DNA of 32,000 nucleotides, from positions 270,001 through 302,000 of the forward strand of contig JANQMZ010000007.1 in the NCBI GenBank assembly GCA_028279805.1, read 5' to 3'. The translations under genes were made by a program, and so were the position numbers. The DNA is from an archaeon. Lineage in GTDB: Archaea > Iainarchaeota > Iainarchaeia > Iainarchaeales > JANQMZ01. A model generated the notes under the pieces. That model was given only the letters and a program-made list of their open reading frames with translations. It did not search any database and was not told the DNA's origin. Shown in pieces: positions 1-9,094 of this stretch. The stretch's first letter is position 1, and each line of letters begins with the position of its first letter.

Positions 1-1927
1 AATACTCGCATTAATTTCAGCCGGAGTTCTGGCTTTTATTGTTGTTGGAAAAGACCATGGCAATGAAAAAATTCAGGAATTGTCAACAGCAATCAGGGAA
101 GGAGCATTTGCTTATTTGAAAAAACAGTATTCAATGCTCGCCGTTTTTGTTGTTTTGGTTGCAATAGTTTTATGGCAGGTTTTGGGCAATGAAGCTTTGG
201 CTGTAAATTTTGTTTTGGGAGCAATCGCTTCCACTCTTGCAGGTTTTGTGGGAATGAATATTGCCACACTGGCTAATGCTAGGACTACTCAGGCTGCAAC
301 AGTAAAACTTGAAGAAGCTTTAAGGGTTGCATTTTTTTCAGGAGCAGTACTGGGATTGTTTGCTGTTGGAATAGGATTACTGGGAATAAATTTATTGTAT
401 GATTTTTTTGGTTCAACTGAATTAATTTTTGGTTTTGCTTTCGGAGCAAGTTCAGTTGCATTGTTTGCAAGAGTCGGCGGAGGAATTTACACAAAAGCAG
501 CGGATGTTGGGGCAGACTTGGTTGGAAAAGTTGAAGCTGGAATTCCGGAAGATGATCCAAGGAACCCAGCGGTTATTGCTGACGCTGTAGGGGATAATGT
601 TGGTGATGTTGCCGGAATGGGAGCAGACTTGTTTGAAAGTTATGTCGGGAGTATTATTGCTGCAATGGCTTTAGGAGTTTTAGCTTTTGGTTCAGAGGGA
701 TTGTTTTTGCCGATGATTATTGCAAGCATCGGAATTGTCTCATCAGTTTTAGGAATTTTATATTTTAATTTTTTCAGAGGAAAAAACATTGGTTCTTCTT
801 TAAGAAACGGAACAATTGTTGCAGCTGCATTAGTTGCATTTTCAACTTATTATTTTATAACAGAGTTTACCGGAATTGACATTGGAGTATTTTATTCAAT
901 TATTTCAGGTTTGATTGCGGGTTTATTGATTGGTTTTATTACTGAGTATTATACTTCACATGATTTTAATCCGACAAGGTTTTTGTCAAAAAGTTCTGAA
1001 ACTGGTTCGGCTACAAACATTATTGCAGGATTAAGCTTGGGAAGCAAATCAACTGCTTTGCCAATACTTGTAATTGGTTTGGCTACTTGGACTGCTTTTC
1101 ATTTCGGAGGAGTTTATGGAATTGCTTTGGCAGGAGTTGGAATGCTGTCAACTCTGGGAATAACATTGGCTGTTGATGCTTATGGTCCGGTTGCGGATAA
1201 TGCAGGCGGATTATCTGAAATGGCAGGATTGGGTAAAAAGATTAGAAGCAGGACAGATGCTTTGGATGCAGCCGGTAATACTACTGCTGCTATTGGCAAA
1301 GGTTTTGCAATTGGTTCAGCTGCGTTAACTGCTTTGGCTTTATTTAATGCTTACGCTGCTACAACTGCAATTGAAGCAATTAATATTTTGAATCCGACTG
1401 TGATAATTGGCTTGTTAATCGGTGCAATGCTGCCTTATTTGTTTGCAAATTTTGCAATGTCGGCGGTTGGACAGGCAGCAGAGGAAATGATTTTAGAAGT
1501 TCGAAGACAATTTAAACAAATTAAAGGCTTAATGAAAGGCAAAGCAAAGCCTGATTATAAAAGATGTGTTGAAATTTCAACCAATGCAGCATTAAAAAGA
1601 ATGATTGCTCCGGGTTTGCTGGCAATATTTTCACCATTGGTGTTCGGTTTATTGTTAGGACCGGAAGCTGTTGGTGGCTTGCTGGCAGGAGCTCTTGCTT
1701 CAGGAGTAGTTCTTGCAATAATGATGGCTAATGCCGGCGGAGCATGGGATAATGCCAAGAAATATATTGAGTCAGGTAATTTCGGAGGCAAAGGTTCAGA
1801 TGCTCATAAAGCAGCTGTTGTTGGAGATACAGTTGGGGACCCTTTTAAAGATACTGCAGGGCCAAGCTTAAACATTCTCATTAAACTGATGAGTATTGTT
1901 TCAGTTGTTTTTGCAGTGTTATTTTAA
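1..1927 (+). CDS. hppA: Membrane-bound ion-pumping pyrophosphatase, 5'-truncated by the window edge
   Basis: Motifs [46 protein letters not shown] and [22 protein letters not shown]; many TM helices. The frame is open from nt 2 ([34 protein letters not shown]), so the listed TTG at 80 is internal. Confidence 0.98.
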   Translation, partial: ILALISAGVLAFIVVGKDHGNEKIQELSTAIREGAFAYLKKQYSMLAVFVVLVAIVLWQVLGNEALAVNFVLGAIASTLAGFVGMNIATLANARTTQAATVKLEEALRVAFFSGAVLGLFAVGIGLLGINLLYDFFGSTELIFGFAFGASSVALFARVGGGIYTKAADVGADLVGKVEAGIPEDDPRNPAVIADAVGDNVGDVAGMGADLFESYVGSIIAAMALGVLAFGSEGLFLPMIIASIGIVSSVLGILYFNFFRGKNIGSSLRNGTIVAAALVAFSTYYFITEFTGIDIGVFYSIISGLIAGLLIGFITEYYTSHDFNPTRFLSKSSETGSATNIIAGLSLGSKSTALPILVIGLATWTAFHFGGVYGIALAGVGMLSTLGITLAVDAYGPVADNAGGLSEMAGLGKKIRSRTDALDAAGNTTAAIGKGFAIGSAALTALALFNAYAATTAIEAINILNPTVIIGLLIGAMLPYLFANFAMSAVGQAAEEMILEVRRQFKQIKGLMKGKAKPDYKRCVEISTNAALKRMIAPGLLAIFSPLVFGLLLGPEAVGGLLAGALASGVVLAIMMANAGGAWDNAKKYIESGNFGGKGSDAHKAAVVGDTVGDPFKDTAGPSLNILIKLMSIVSVVFAVLF

Positions 1928-1951
1928 AAAAAATTACAAGAGGTGACAATT

Positions 1952-2113
1952 TTGGCAGAAGACAGATTTGGCAGAGAAATGCATAAAACAACTTGTTCTG
2001 ACTGTGGTCAGGAAACAGAAGTTCCATTCAAACCAGATGGAGAAAGACCGGTTTATTGCAAAGACTGTTATGAAAAACACAAAAAACCATTTAAGAGAAA
2101 TGACAACTTTTAA
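1952..2113 (+). CDS. Small CxxC...CxxC zinc-ribbon protein (53 aa), absent from the ORF track
   Basis: TTG start with upstream aggtga; my translation is (M/L)AEDRFGREMHKTTCSDCGQETEVPFKPDGERPVYCKDCYEKHKKPFKRNDNF*, matching the small zinc-ribbon family with a CSDCG...PVYCKDC pattern. Confidence 0.85.
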   Translation: MAEDRFGREMHKTTCSDCGQETEVPFKPDGERPVYCKDCYEKHKKPFKRNDNF

Positions 2114-2292
2114 TGCACATTAATCAGTTTATTATTTTCTTAAACTTAATTTTCTAATTCTTTTTTTTTATTTTTAAAATGAAGCGGAAGCAAGAACATC
2201 TGTTTTTGACGAATTTTTTTGCAATTAATTAAATTTAATTAAAAGGTTTTCCGTTCCATTTTTTGCTAAAAACTGTTTTTTGGTGTGAGAGT

Positions 2293-3240
2293 TTGGGAAA
2301 CATTTTGGTAACAGGTTCGTCAGGGCAAATCGGAACAGATTTAACCGAAGCTTTGGCTAAAAAATTCGGAAAAGAAAAAATAATCGGAGCAGATAGAAAA
2401 GAACCCAAAAACAGGAATGATTTGGGAAAGTTTGAGAAAACAGATGTTACCCGTAAAGAAAATCTTGAAAAACTTGTAAAAGAAAATAATGTTGAAACAA
2501 TTTATGATCTGGCTTCATTGTTATCAGCAACCGGTGAAAAAAAACCGGATTTGGCATGGTTTGTTAACATTAGTGCTTTGAAAAATTCTCTTGATTTGGC
2601 AAGAGAAAATTCAATAAAAGTTTTCTGGCCAAGTTCAATTGCTGTTTTTGGCCCTTCAACTCCGAAACAAAATACGCCTCAGCAGACAATTCTGGAACCT
2701 AATACAATGTATGGCATTACAAAAGTTTCAGGCGAATTATTGTGCAATTATTATTTTAAAAAATATAATGTAGATGTTCGAAGCATAAGGTATCCTGGCT
2801 TGATTAGTTATAAAACTGAAGCAGGCGGGGGTACAACAGATTATGCTGTTGAAATTTTTTATGAAGCTTTAAAAAACAAAAAATATGAATGTTTTTTAAA
2901 AGAAGATTCAACGCTGCCAATGATGTATATGCCTGATGCAATCAACGGAACAATTAAGTTAATGGAAACAGATGAAAAAAATATTAAAACAAGATTGGGT
3001 TATAACATATCTTCACTGAGCTTTTCACCTGAAGAAATTGCAAATGAAATTAAAAAGCATATTCCTGAATTTGAATGCTCATATAAGCCGGATGAAAGGC
3101 AGAGAATAGCTGATTCCTGGCCGCAGTCAATTGATGATTCAAAAGCAAGAGAAGACTGGAACTGGAAACCGGAATATGATTTGGAGAAAATGACTGTTGA
3201 CATGCTTGAAAAGCTTAAAATAAAATTGGGTGTAAAATAG
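2293..3240 (+). CDS. tdh: SDR-type L-threonine 3-dehydrogenase (NAD-dependent epimerase/dehydratase family)
   Basis: N-terminal Rossmann GSSGQIG, YxxxK as YGITK, and RYPGLISYKTEAGGGTTDYAVEIF typical of SDR-type Tdh; next to kbl. A start at TTG 2293 (MGNILVTGSSGQIG) is more likely than 2263. Confidence 0.85.
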   Translation: MGNILVTGSSGQIGTDLTEALAKKFGKEKIIGADRKEPKNRNDLGKFEKTDVTRKENLEKLVKENNVETIYDLASLLSATGEKKPDLAWFVNISALKNSLDLARENSIKVFWPSSIAVFGPSTPKQNTPQQTILEPNTMYGITKVSGELLCNYYFKKYNVDVRSIRYPGLISYKTEAGGGTTDYAVEIFYEALKNKKYECFLKEDSTLPMMYMPDAINGTIKLMETDEKNIKTRLGYNISSLSFSPEEIANEIKKHIPEFECSYKPDERQRIADSWPQSIDDSKAREDWNWKPEYDLEKMTVDMLEKLKIKLGVK

Positions 3241-3242
3241 TT

Positions 3243-4424
3243 ATGGCAAAAGCTGATGAATTTTTAGGAAAAGAAGTTTCAAGACTAAAAAAAGAACATT
3301 TAAACTGGACTTTGAGGGAATTACAGTCATCTTCAAAACCTCATGCAAAAGTTGATGGTAAAGATGTTCTGATGCTGTGCACTAACAATTACCTTGGTTT
3401 TAGTACTCACCCAAAAATAATTAAAGCAATGGTTGATGCAACGGAAAAATGGGGTGCGGGAGCGGGAGCTGTTCCGGTTTTATCTGGCAGAACCTCTTTA
3501 CAAATTGAATTTGAAGAAAAACTTGCAAAGTTTAAGGAAGTGGAAGCAACCTTGTTGTGCCAGACAGGTTTTGCTGTTAACTCAGGATTGATTCCACAAA
3601 TTGTTGGACAAGGTGATTTGGTTATATCGGATCAGTTAAATCACGGCAGCATTATTGACGGAGTAAGATTAACAAAAGCGGACAGAGGAATTTATGCTCA
3701 TAACGATATGAATGAATTGGAAAAAGTTTTAAAGGAAAATAAAGGCAAGCATAAAACAACTTTGATTATAACCGACGGAGTTTTTTCAATGGATGGGGAT
3801 ATTGCTCCTTTGGATGAAATTGTAAAACTGGCTGAAGAATTTAATGCAATGGTAATGGTTGACGATTGCCATGGAGAAGGGGTCATGGGGAAAGGCAAAG
3901 GAGTTGTTGCTCATTTTGGTTTGCAGGGAAAAGTTCACATTGAAGGCGGTTCTTTGGGAAAAGCTTTTGGAGTAATGGGTGGCACTATTGCAGGTTCAAA
4001 GGATTTGATTGAATTTGCTTATAATAAATCACGGACATGGTTGTTGAGCACCGCGCATCCACCCGGAATGGTTGCAGCTTGCATTGCAGCCGTTGATGTT
4101 TTGGAATCAGAGCCGGAGCATGTGGAAAATTTGTGGAACAACACTAATTATTTTAAAAAACAGCTTGACAGCCTTGGTTTTAATACCGGCAACAGCCAGA
4201 CACCAATTATTCCCATTATTACCGGTGACCCGGGTTCAGCACAGGAATTTGGAAAAATTTTAATGGAAAAAGAAAATATTTTTGTTACTCCAATTGTTTA
4301 TCCGATGGTTGCAAAAGAATTGTCAAGGTTAAGGGTTCAAATGCATGCTTTGCTGACAAGAGAAGATTTGGATAAAGCACTTGAAGCAATTGAAAGAATT
4401 GGCAAAAAATTAAAAGTCATTTAA
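3243..4424 (+). CDS. kbl: 2-amino-3-ketobutyrate CoA ligase / glycine C-acetyltransferase
   Basis: PLP alpha-oxoamine synthase family: CTNNYLGFSTHPK, DQLNHGSIIDG, DDCHGEGVMG, and GSLGKAFGVMGG around the PLP Lys. Confidence 0.95.
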   Translation: MAKADEFLGKEVSRLKKEHLNWTLRELQSSSKPHAKVDGKDVLMLCTNNYLGFSTHPKIIKAMVDATEKWGAGAGAVPVLSGRTSLQIEFEEKLAKFKEVEATLLCQTGFAVNSGLIPQIVGQGDLVISDQLNHGSIIDGVRLTKADRGIYAHNDMNELEKVLKENKGKHKTTLIITDGVFSMDGDIAPLDEIVKLAEEFNAMVMVDDCHGEGVMGKGKGVVAHFGLQGKVHIEGGSLGKAFGVMGGTIAGSKDLIEFAYNKSRTWLLSTAHPPGMVAACIAAVDVLESEPEHVENLWNNTNYFKKQLDSLGFNTGNSQTPIIPIITGDPGSAQEFGKILMEKENIFVTPIVYPMVAKELSRLRVQMHALLTREDLDKALEAIERIGKKLKVI

Positions 4425-4525
4425 ATGCATTTCAAAGCTGTTTTAACCTAAAAAAAACCTTATTATTAACTTTTTAACGAGATTAAACAAAAATTTAATA
4501 AGTTATCAGAATACAATAATATATC

Positions 4526-4732
4526 ATGGTTTTCAAAAGCAATGTGTGGAGAGTTTTCACAGGAGTTACTTTAATTGTACTTGCAGTGTTTTTCCTGTTA
4601 AGCGGTTTAAGATGGTTAAAATTTCCTTTCATAAATGTTGAAACGGATACACTTATTTCATTTGTTTTGATTGTATTGGGAATGGCAGTACTTTATTCAG
4701 GAATTGCCGGAGAAAATGGGGAAGACCATTAA
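4526..4732 (+). CDS. Small membrane protein, two predicted TM helices
   Basis: 68 aa with two hydrophobic segments; ends directly against the convergent scpB gene. Confidence 0.6.
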   Translation: MVFKSNVWRVFTGVTLIVLAVFFLLSGLRWLKFPFINVETDTLISFVLIVLGMAVLYSGIAGENGEDH

Positions 4733-5206
4733 CTATTTTTGTTTTAGTTCCCCGAAATAATCTAAAAATTTTTTAGTTGTTTTTAAAATATATGTTCTGC
4801 CATATTTTTGCCTTGAAATAAATCCTTTTTCAAGAAGTTCTTTTACATGGTCATAAGCTTTTGTGTTTCTATATTTTACAACTTTTGACTGAATTATGGG
4901 TTGCTTGTATGAAATTAAAGCAAGAGTTTTCTGAACTCCTTTGTTTAAATCTGATTCGGCCGCAAAATGATTAACTTTTCCCTGCAGTTCAGGTTTAACT
5001 CTCATTGAAAAAGAATCATTTTCCCTGTCAATAATTATTTCCAGGCCTGAATTTTTTTCAACATAATCATTTTTTAATTCTTTTAACAGTGAAATAATTT
5101 CAATTCTTTCCATAATGCCTGTTGTTTCCTTTAATTCTTTTAAAGTCAAAGAACCTGAAGCCATAAAAAGTGAAGCTTCCAAAACCTGTTTTTCATTTGA
5201 AGACAT
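4733..5206 (-). CDS. scpB: Segregation and condensation protein B (ScpB-like)
   Basis: EKQVLEASLFMASGSLTLKELKETTG; KTLALISYKQPIIQSKVVKYRNTKAYDHVKELLEKGFISRQKYGRTYILKTTKKFLDYFG is winged-helix ScpB-like. Confidence 0.85.
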   Translation of the reverse strand: MSSNEKQVLEASLFMASGSLTLKELKETTGIMERIEIISLLKELKNDYVEKNSGLEIIIDRENDSFSMRVKPELQGKVNHFAAESDLNKGVQKTLALISYKQPIIQSKVVKYRNTKAYDHVKELLEKGFISRQKYGRTYILKTTKKFLDYFGELKQK

Positions 5207-5233
5207 GTAAACACTATTAAGGAAAAAAATTGT

Positions 5234-5464
5234 TTAAATTAGTTTCTTTCCCTTCTCATCCAGCACATGAATCACATTAACGGGGCAGTTTTTTGCCGCC
5301 TCCATGTTTGAATCAAAATCATTTTCATTAATTTCTTTTTTTTTAAACTGTGCCTGTCCGTCCTCTTCCATAAACCAGTTTTCAGGGCATAAAACAGGGC
5401 AGGTGCCGCATCCAATGCAACCCGGCCTGTCATATTCAATTTTGTGTTTTGACAAGAAAATCAC
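5234..5464 (-). CDS. Ferredoxin (4Fe-4S)
   Basis: CIGCGTCPVLCPENW with a distal CPVNVIHV. Confidence 0.9.
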   Translation of the reverse strand: MIFLSKHKIEYDRPGCIGCGTCPVLCPENWFMEEDGQAQFKKKEINENDFDSNMEAAKNCPVNVIHVLDEKGKKLI

Positions 5465-5467
5465 GGT

Positions 5468-6208
5468 TTAATATTTTTCAACATGAATTTTTTCAGGTTT
5501 AAAGCCCAATTCTTTGAATAATTCAGATGTTTCTTCAACAGCTGCAGGAATTCCGCATGCATAACAATGTGCCTCGTTTCCTGCTTCAAATTTTGTTTTT
5601 TTAATAATGTGCTGAATGAATCCTTTTTCTCCCTGCCAGTCTGAATCGTTTTTGTCTCCGCAACAAGGATAAAAATGAAAATTTGGCCAAGATTTTTCTA
5701 AAGCGTTTAATTCTTCTCCGTATAAAAATTGTTTTGAATTTCTAAAACCAAAAAACAAATGAACCGGTTTTGAAAAATTTCCTTCTTTTAACAATCTTAA
5801 CATTGAAATAAATGGGGCAATGCCTGTTCCTGTTGCGGAAAAAATATATTCTTTTACTTCTTCTTCAGCCAAATTAAATCTGCCATATGGTCCTTTTACA
5901 ATTAATTCTGAACCCACTTTAACATTTTTGTTAACATAATCGCTTAAGCCGCCTGGTTTTTCAATTCTTAAGCATAATTCGATTATGTTTTTTTCTTTCG
6001 GGGAAGAACACATTGAATAAGCTGCAAATCTTAACTGGTCGGGCTTGTTTCTGTCCATAAAACCCGGCGGGGCAAGCATTATGAATTGCCCTGCTTTGAA
6101 TTCAAAGTCTTCATTGTGTTTCAATATTAAAATTTTTGCAATTCCTCCCTCGTCGTCTTTGTATTCTTTTATTTTTTCAACTGTGCAGGAAAATTCTTTA
6201 ATGTTCAT
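5468..6208 (-). CDS. FAD/NAD(P)-binding oxidoreductase (ferredoxin reductase-like)
   Basis: FKAGQFIMLAPPG, RFAAYSMCSSP, VKGPYGRF, FSATGTGIAPFISMLR, and a C-terminal CYACGIPAAVEE. ATG at 6208 (MNIKEFSC) avoids overlap with the upstream gene. Confidence 0.88.
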   Translation of the reverse strand: MNIKEFSCTVEKIKEYKDDEGGIAKILILKHNEDFEFKAGQFIMLAPPGFMDRNKPDQLRFAAYSMCSSPKEKNIIELCLRIEKPGGLSDYVNKNVKVGSELIVKGPYGRFNLAEEEVKEYIFSATGTGIAPFISMLRLLKEGNFSKPVHLFFGFRNSKQFLYGEELNALEKSWPNFHFYPCCGDKNDSDWQGEKGFIQHIIKKTKFEAGNEAHCYACGIPAAVEETSELFKELGFKPEKIHVEKY

Positions 6209-6227
6209 TAAATCACAAAAAATAGAA

Positions 6228-6449
6228 TTATTTACTGTATTCTTCTTCAACAAAAGAGTTTAAGTCTTTTAATAATTTTTCAATTGTTTCATTGTCCATG
6301 CCGTGGCCTTTTGCTCCGCCTTCAATGGATTCGTGGAATCCAAAATGACAACCGAAACAATGCAAGCCATATTCTGCCATAACGTCAGCTGTTTTTGGAT
6401 ATTCTCCAACCATTTTGGCAACAATCGTATCCTTAGTTATTTCAGCCAT
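6228..6449 (-). CDS. DUF1858-like small protein
   Basis: MAEITKDTIVAKMVGEYPKTADVMAEYGLHCFGCHFGFHESIEGGAKGHGMDNETIEKLLKDLNSF; start ATG at 6449. Confidence 0.8.
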   Translation of the reverse strand: MAEITKDTIVAKMVGEYPKTADVMAEYGLHCFGCHFGFHESIEGGAKGHGMDNETIEKLLKDLNSFVEEEYSK

Positions 6450-6509
6450 ATAATCAATAATATTTGATGTTTTAAGCAATTAAAAACTTTTCCGTGCAAT
6501 CATTGAAGT

Positions 6510-7031
6510 ATGAAAATTTATACAAAAAAAGGAGATTCGGGAAAAACAAGTTTTGGAATAAAAAGAGTTCCAAAAAATTGCATTGAAGTTAAAGCTTTGG
6601 GAAACGTTGATGAACTGGATGCTTTAATTGGTTTGGCTGTTTCAAAAAAATTAAGTCAAAAAAATGAAGGTTTAGCATTGAAAATCCAAAATGACTTGCA
6701 TAGAATTACTGCTGAATTGGTTGGACTGGGAAAAAAAGGCTCAGAAATTCAGGAAAAAGACATTAAATTTCTTGAAGAAACAATTGATTCATTTGAATTG
6801 CCGGAATTAACAAAATTTATTTTGCCAGGCGGTTCAGAGCAGGGAGCATTATTGCATTTGTGCAGGGCTGTTTCAAGAAAAACAGAACGTTCAATTTTGG
6901 ATGCTGAAAAAAATATTAAAATTTCAAAAGAATTAAAGGCTTATGTTAACAGGTTAAGTGATTTGTTTTTTTCAATGGCCCGGTTTGAAAATTTAGAAAA
7001 TGGTTTTGAAGAAAAAAATCCCGATTATTAA
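6510..7031 (+). CDS. PduO-type cob(I)alamin adenosyltransferase
   Basis: KIYTKKGDSGKTSF...EVKALGNVDELDALIG; FILPGGSEQGALLHLCRAVSRKTER; YVNRLSDLFFSMAR. Confidence 0.92.
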   Translation: MKIYTKKGDSGKTSFGIKRVPKNCIEVKALGNVDELDALIGLAVSKKLSQKNEGLALKIQNDLHRITAELVGLGKKGSEIQEKDIKFLEETIDSFELPELTKFILPGGSEQGALLHLCRAVSRKTERSILDAEKNIKISKELKAYVNRLSDLFFSMARFENLENGFEEKNPDY

Positions 7032-7729
7032 ATTACAATAAAACCGGAGTTTTGCAGTAAGAAAATTATTGTAGCATACAAAAATGCTCCGCTTAAAAAG
7101 AAAGTCAGGCTGCCTTTTTGTTCTTTTGGCAGATAATCTTTTATTATAACGTAAAGCATTACTCCGACAACAAAAGCCAAAACCATGTCATAAAATTTTA
7201 AAAACTCAACAAAAATAGAAGCTAAAACCATTCCGATTAAAACATGTGAAGATAAAAGAATCTTCAAAGGAAAATGTCCCTTAACGCCCTCATCCAATGT
7301 TTCAAAAGACAAAGAACCAAAAGCAGTATTCAACCAGACCGGAAAAAACAATAACAAAACCATTGAATTGCTGATTAAAGAAAATTCAAACAAAACAATT
7401 CCCAAAGCAATATAATAAATAAAAAAAGCAATTGAATGAGCCTGTTTTAATTCTCTAAATAATCTTTCAGGCCGGGCGTGACTGTAAATATGCTTTTCAA
7501 TAACATGAAAAACAATAAAGCCAAACAATACAATAAAAAATAACTGGTTATGAAAAATTGAAGCAGTTGTACTGATAAGCAAAGGCAGCAATCCTAAAAA
7601 AATGTAGGAAATTGTTACGCCTGAAGCAAAAGAAATTAATTCATTCCTTAAAGGGTTCAATCTTGTTAAAACTATTTCTCCAAAAAAATGAGTTAAGCCT
7701 AAAACAAGCCCCAACCAGTATACAAACAT
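7028..7729 (-). CDS. ZIP-like multi-pass membrane protein
   Basis: Mostly hydrophobic 233 aa; ELISFASGVTISYIFLGLLP and HVLIGMVLASIFVEF resemble the ZIP/zupT topology. Family assignment is moderate. Confidence 0.6.
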   Translation of the reverse strand: MFVYWLGLVLGLTHFFGEIVLTRLNPLRNELISFASGVTISYIFLGLLPLLISTTASIFHNQLFFIVLFGFIVFHVIEKHIYSHARPERLFRELKQAHSIAFFIYYIALGIVLFEFSLISNSMVLLLFFPVWLNTAFGSLSFETLDEGVKGHFPLKILLSSHVLIGMVLASIFVEFLKFYDMVLAFVVGVMLYVIIKDYLPKEQKGSLTFFLSGAFLYATIIFLLQNSGFIVI

Positions 7730-7767
7730 GGCAAATTATAGAATTTTTTTATTATTAAAAGTTTTGA

Positions 7768-8340
7768 TTATTTGAAAGATTTGCCGCAGCCACAGCTTGC
7801 GCTTGCATTTGGGTTGGAAATCTTAAAACCGGATTCGTTTAAAGTGTCCAAATAATCGATTCTTATTCCCTGCAATTGTTCCAATTTGTCTTTTGGAATG
7901 AAAACTTTTATTCCTTCAATCTCAAATTCCTTGTCTTCAGGTTCTTTTTTTTCTTTTAAATCCAGCAAATAATGCATTCCCGCACAGCCGCCCGGAGCAG
8001 CATCAATTCTTAATCCGGCGCCGTTCTCTGAATTTTTTTGAATTAAATCTTTTAATTTTTCAACCGCTCTCGGAGTCAAATCAATGTCTTTTTGTTCTGC
8101 CGGTTCTTCTTTTTGTTTTTTTGCAGCCAGATTATTCAAATCTTTTAACAAATCATTAATTGTTTTTTCATCCATTCCGTGAGCCATTGCCCCGGCCTCA
8201 ATTGATTCAAACGGATTGACATGGCATCCGACGCAATGCAATCCATAACTTAGCATTACTTCAACGCTGTCAGGATATTTTTGAACCAGGTCACCAATAA
8301 TCATGTCCCCTTTGATTAATTGTTTTTGTTCTGTTTCCAT
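7768..8340 (-). CDS. DUF1858-like domain fused to an IscA/ErpA (HesB-like) Fe-S assembly domain
   Basis: N-terminus IIGDLVQKYPDSVEVMLSYGLHCVGCHVNPFESIEAGAMAHGMDEKTINDLLKDLN; C-terminus IDLTPRAVEKLKDLI...APGGCAGMHYLL...NPNASASCGCGKSF. Confidence 0.88.
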   Translation of the reverse strand: METEQKQLIKGDMIIGDLVQKYPDSVEVMLSYGLHCVGCHVNPFESIEAGAMAHGMDEKTINDLLKDLNNLAAKKQKEEPAEQKDIDLTPRAVEKLKDLIQKNSENGAGLRIDAAPGGCAGMHYLLDLKEKKEPEDKEFEIEGIKVFIPKDKLEQLQGIRIDYLDTLNESGFKISNPNASASCGCGKSFK

Positions 8341-8385
8341 AAACTTACACAAGTATTGCTTCAAAACAAGTATTTAAACCTAATG

Positions 8386-9084
8386 TTAAGGATTTTTTCT
8401 TTCTACAATTTCAGGACCATGTTCTTCAATGAACCGCATAGCCTGATCACACAAAACATTAATAGTGCGGGCAATATTAATTTTTTCATTACTTTTTTCA
8501 GTTCTGTAAAATGCTTCAGTGAAAAGCTCAATTAAAGCTACATGTTTTTCAATTGAATTAAGGCTTAGGCTTATTGATATTGCTTCAAATCTTCTTGAAA
8601 CACCAGTATTATGTAAAGAGGGCACAACTTCCCAGAAAACTCTTTCAACAGTTTCAAGATCTTCTCTCAAAGCGTCATTCAAATAATCAAAGTCTCTTTG
8701 CCTGTCCGGCTTTGCTTCAGACGGTTTTTCGATTTCAACTCCAGAATGCCTTTTACTTTTTATACCCATTCCCAATTCTTTTTCAACATGCGCAGACAAC
8801 ATTTTAATTAACCTGAACAAATCAAAAATTTCATTATTTTCCCGGGCATGATACAAAGCTTCATTGCAAATTTTAATTAATCCCATATTTTCTTCCAGAA
8901 TAGACAAATGCTTGTTTTGCTCAAGTGCTTTTAATTTTCGAATTGTTTCAGAATTAACCAGTGATGGAAATTTTTCAGCATTTTCAAATTCTTTTCTGAG
9001 AAGAAATGCAGTAAATTTACCAAATCCGGTATATTCTGGATTATCGGATCTTCTTCGCTTAGGAGTTGTTCTTTTTTGACGCAT
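8386..9084 (-). CDS. Hypothetical alpha-helical protein with a basic N-terminus
   Basis: Long ORF; ATG at 9084 (MRQKRTTPKRRRSDNPEY) preferred. Possible paralogy with the next two genes. Confidence 0.65.
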   Translation of the reverse strand: MRQKRTTPKRRRSDNPEYTGFGKFTAFLLRKEFENAEKFPSLVNSETIRKLKALEQNKHLSILEENMGLIKICNEALYHARENNEIFDLFRLIKMLSAHVEKELGMGIKSKRHSGVEIEKPSEAKPDRQRDFDYLNDALREDLETVERVFWEVVPSLHNTGVSRRFEAISISLSLNSIEKHVALIELFTEAFYRTEKSNEKINIARTINVLCDQAMRFIEEHGPEIVERKNP

Positions 9085-9094
9085 AACAAAAACC

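Noticed and set aside
80-82. TTG at 80 as the true hppA start
   Set aside because: The frame is open to the window edge and encodes plausible N-terminal TM sequence upstream.
285-560. Minus-strand ORF inside hppA
   Set aside because: Antisense shadow of a strongly conserved gene; low-complexity Leu/Gln-rich translation.
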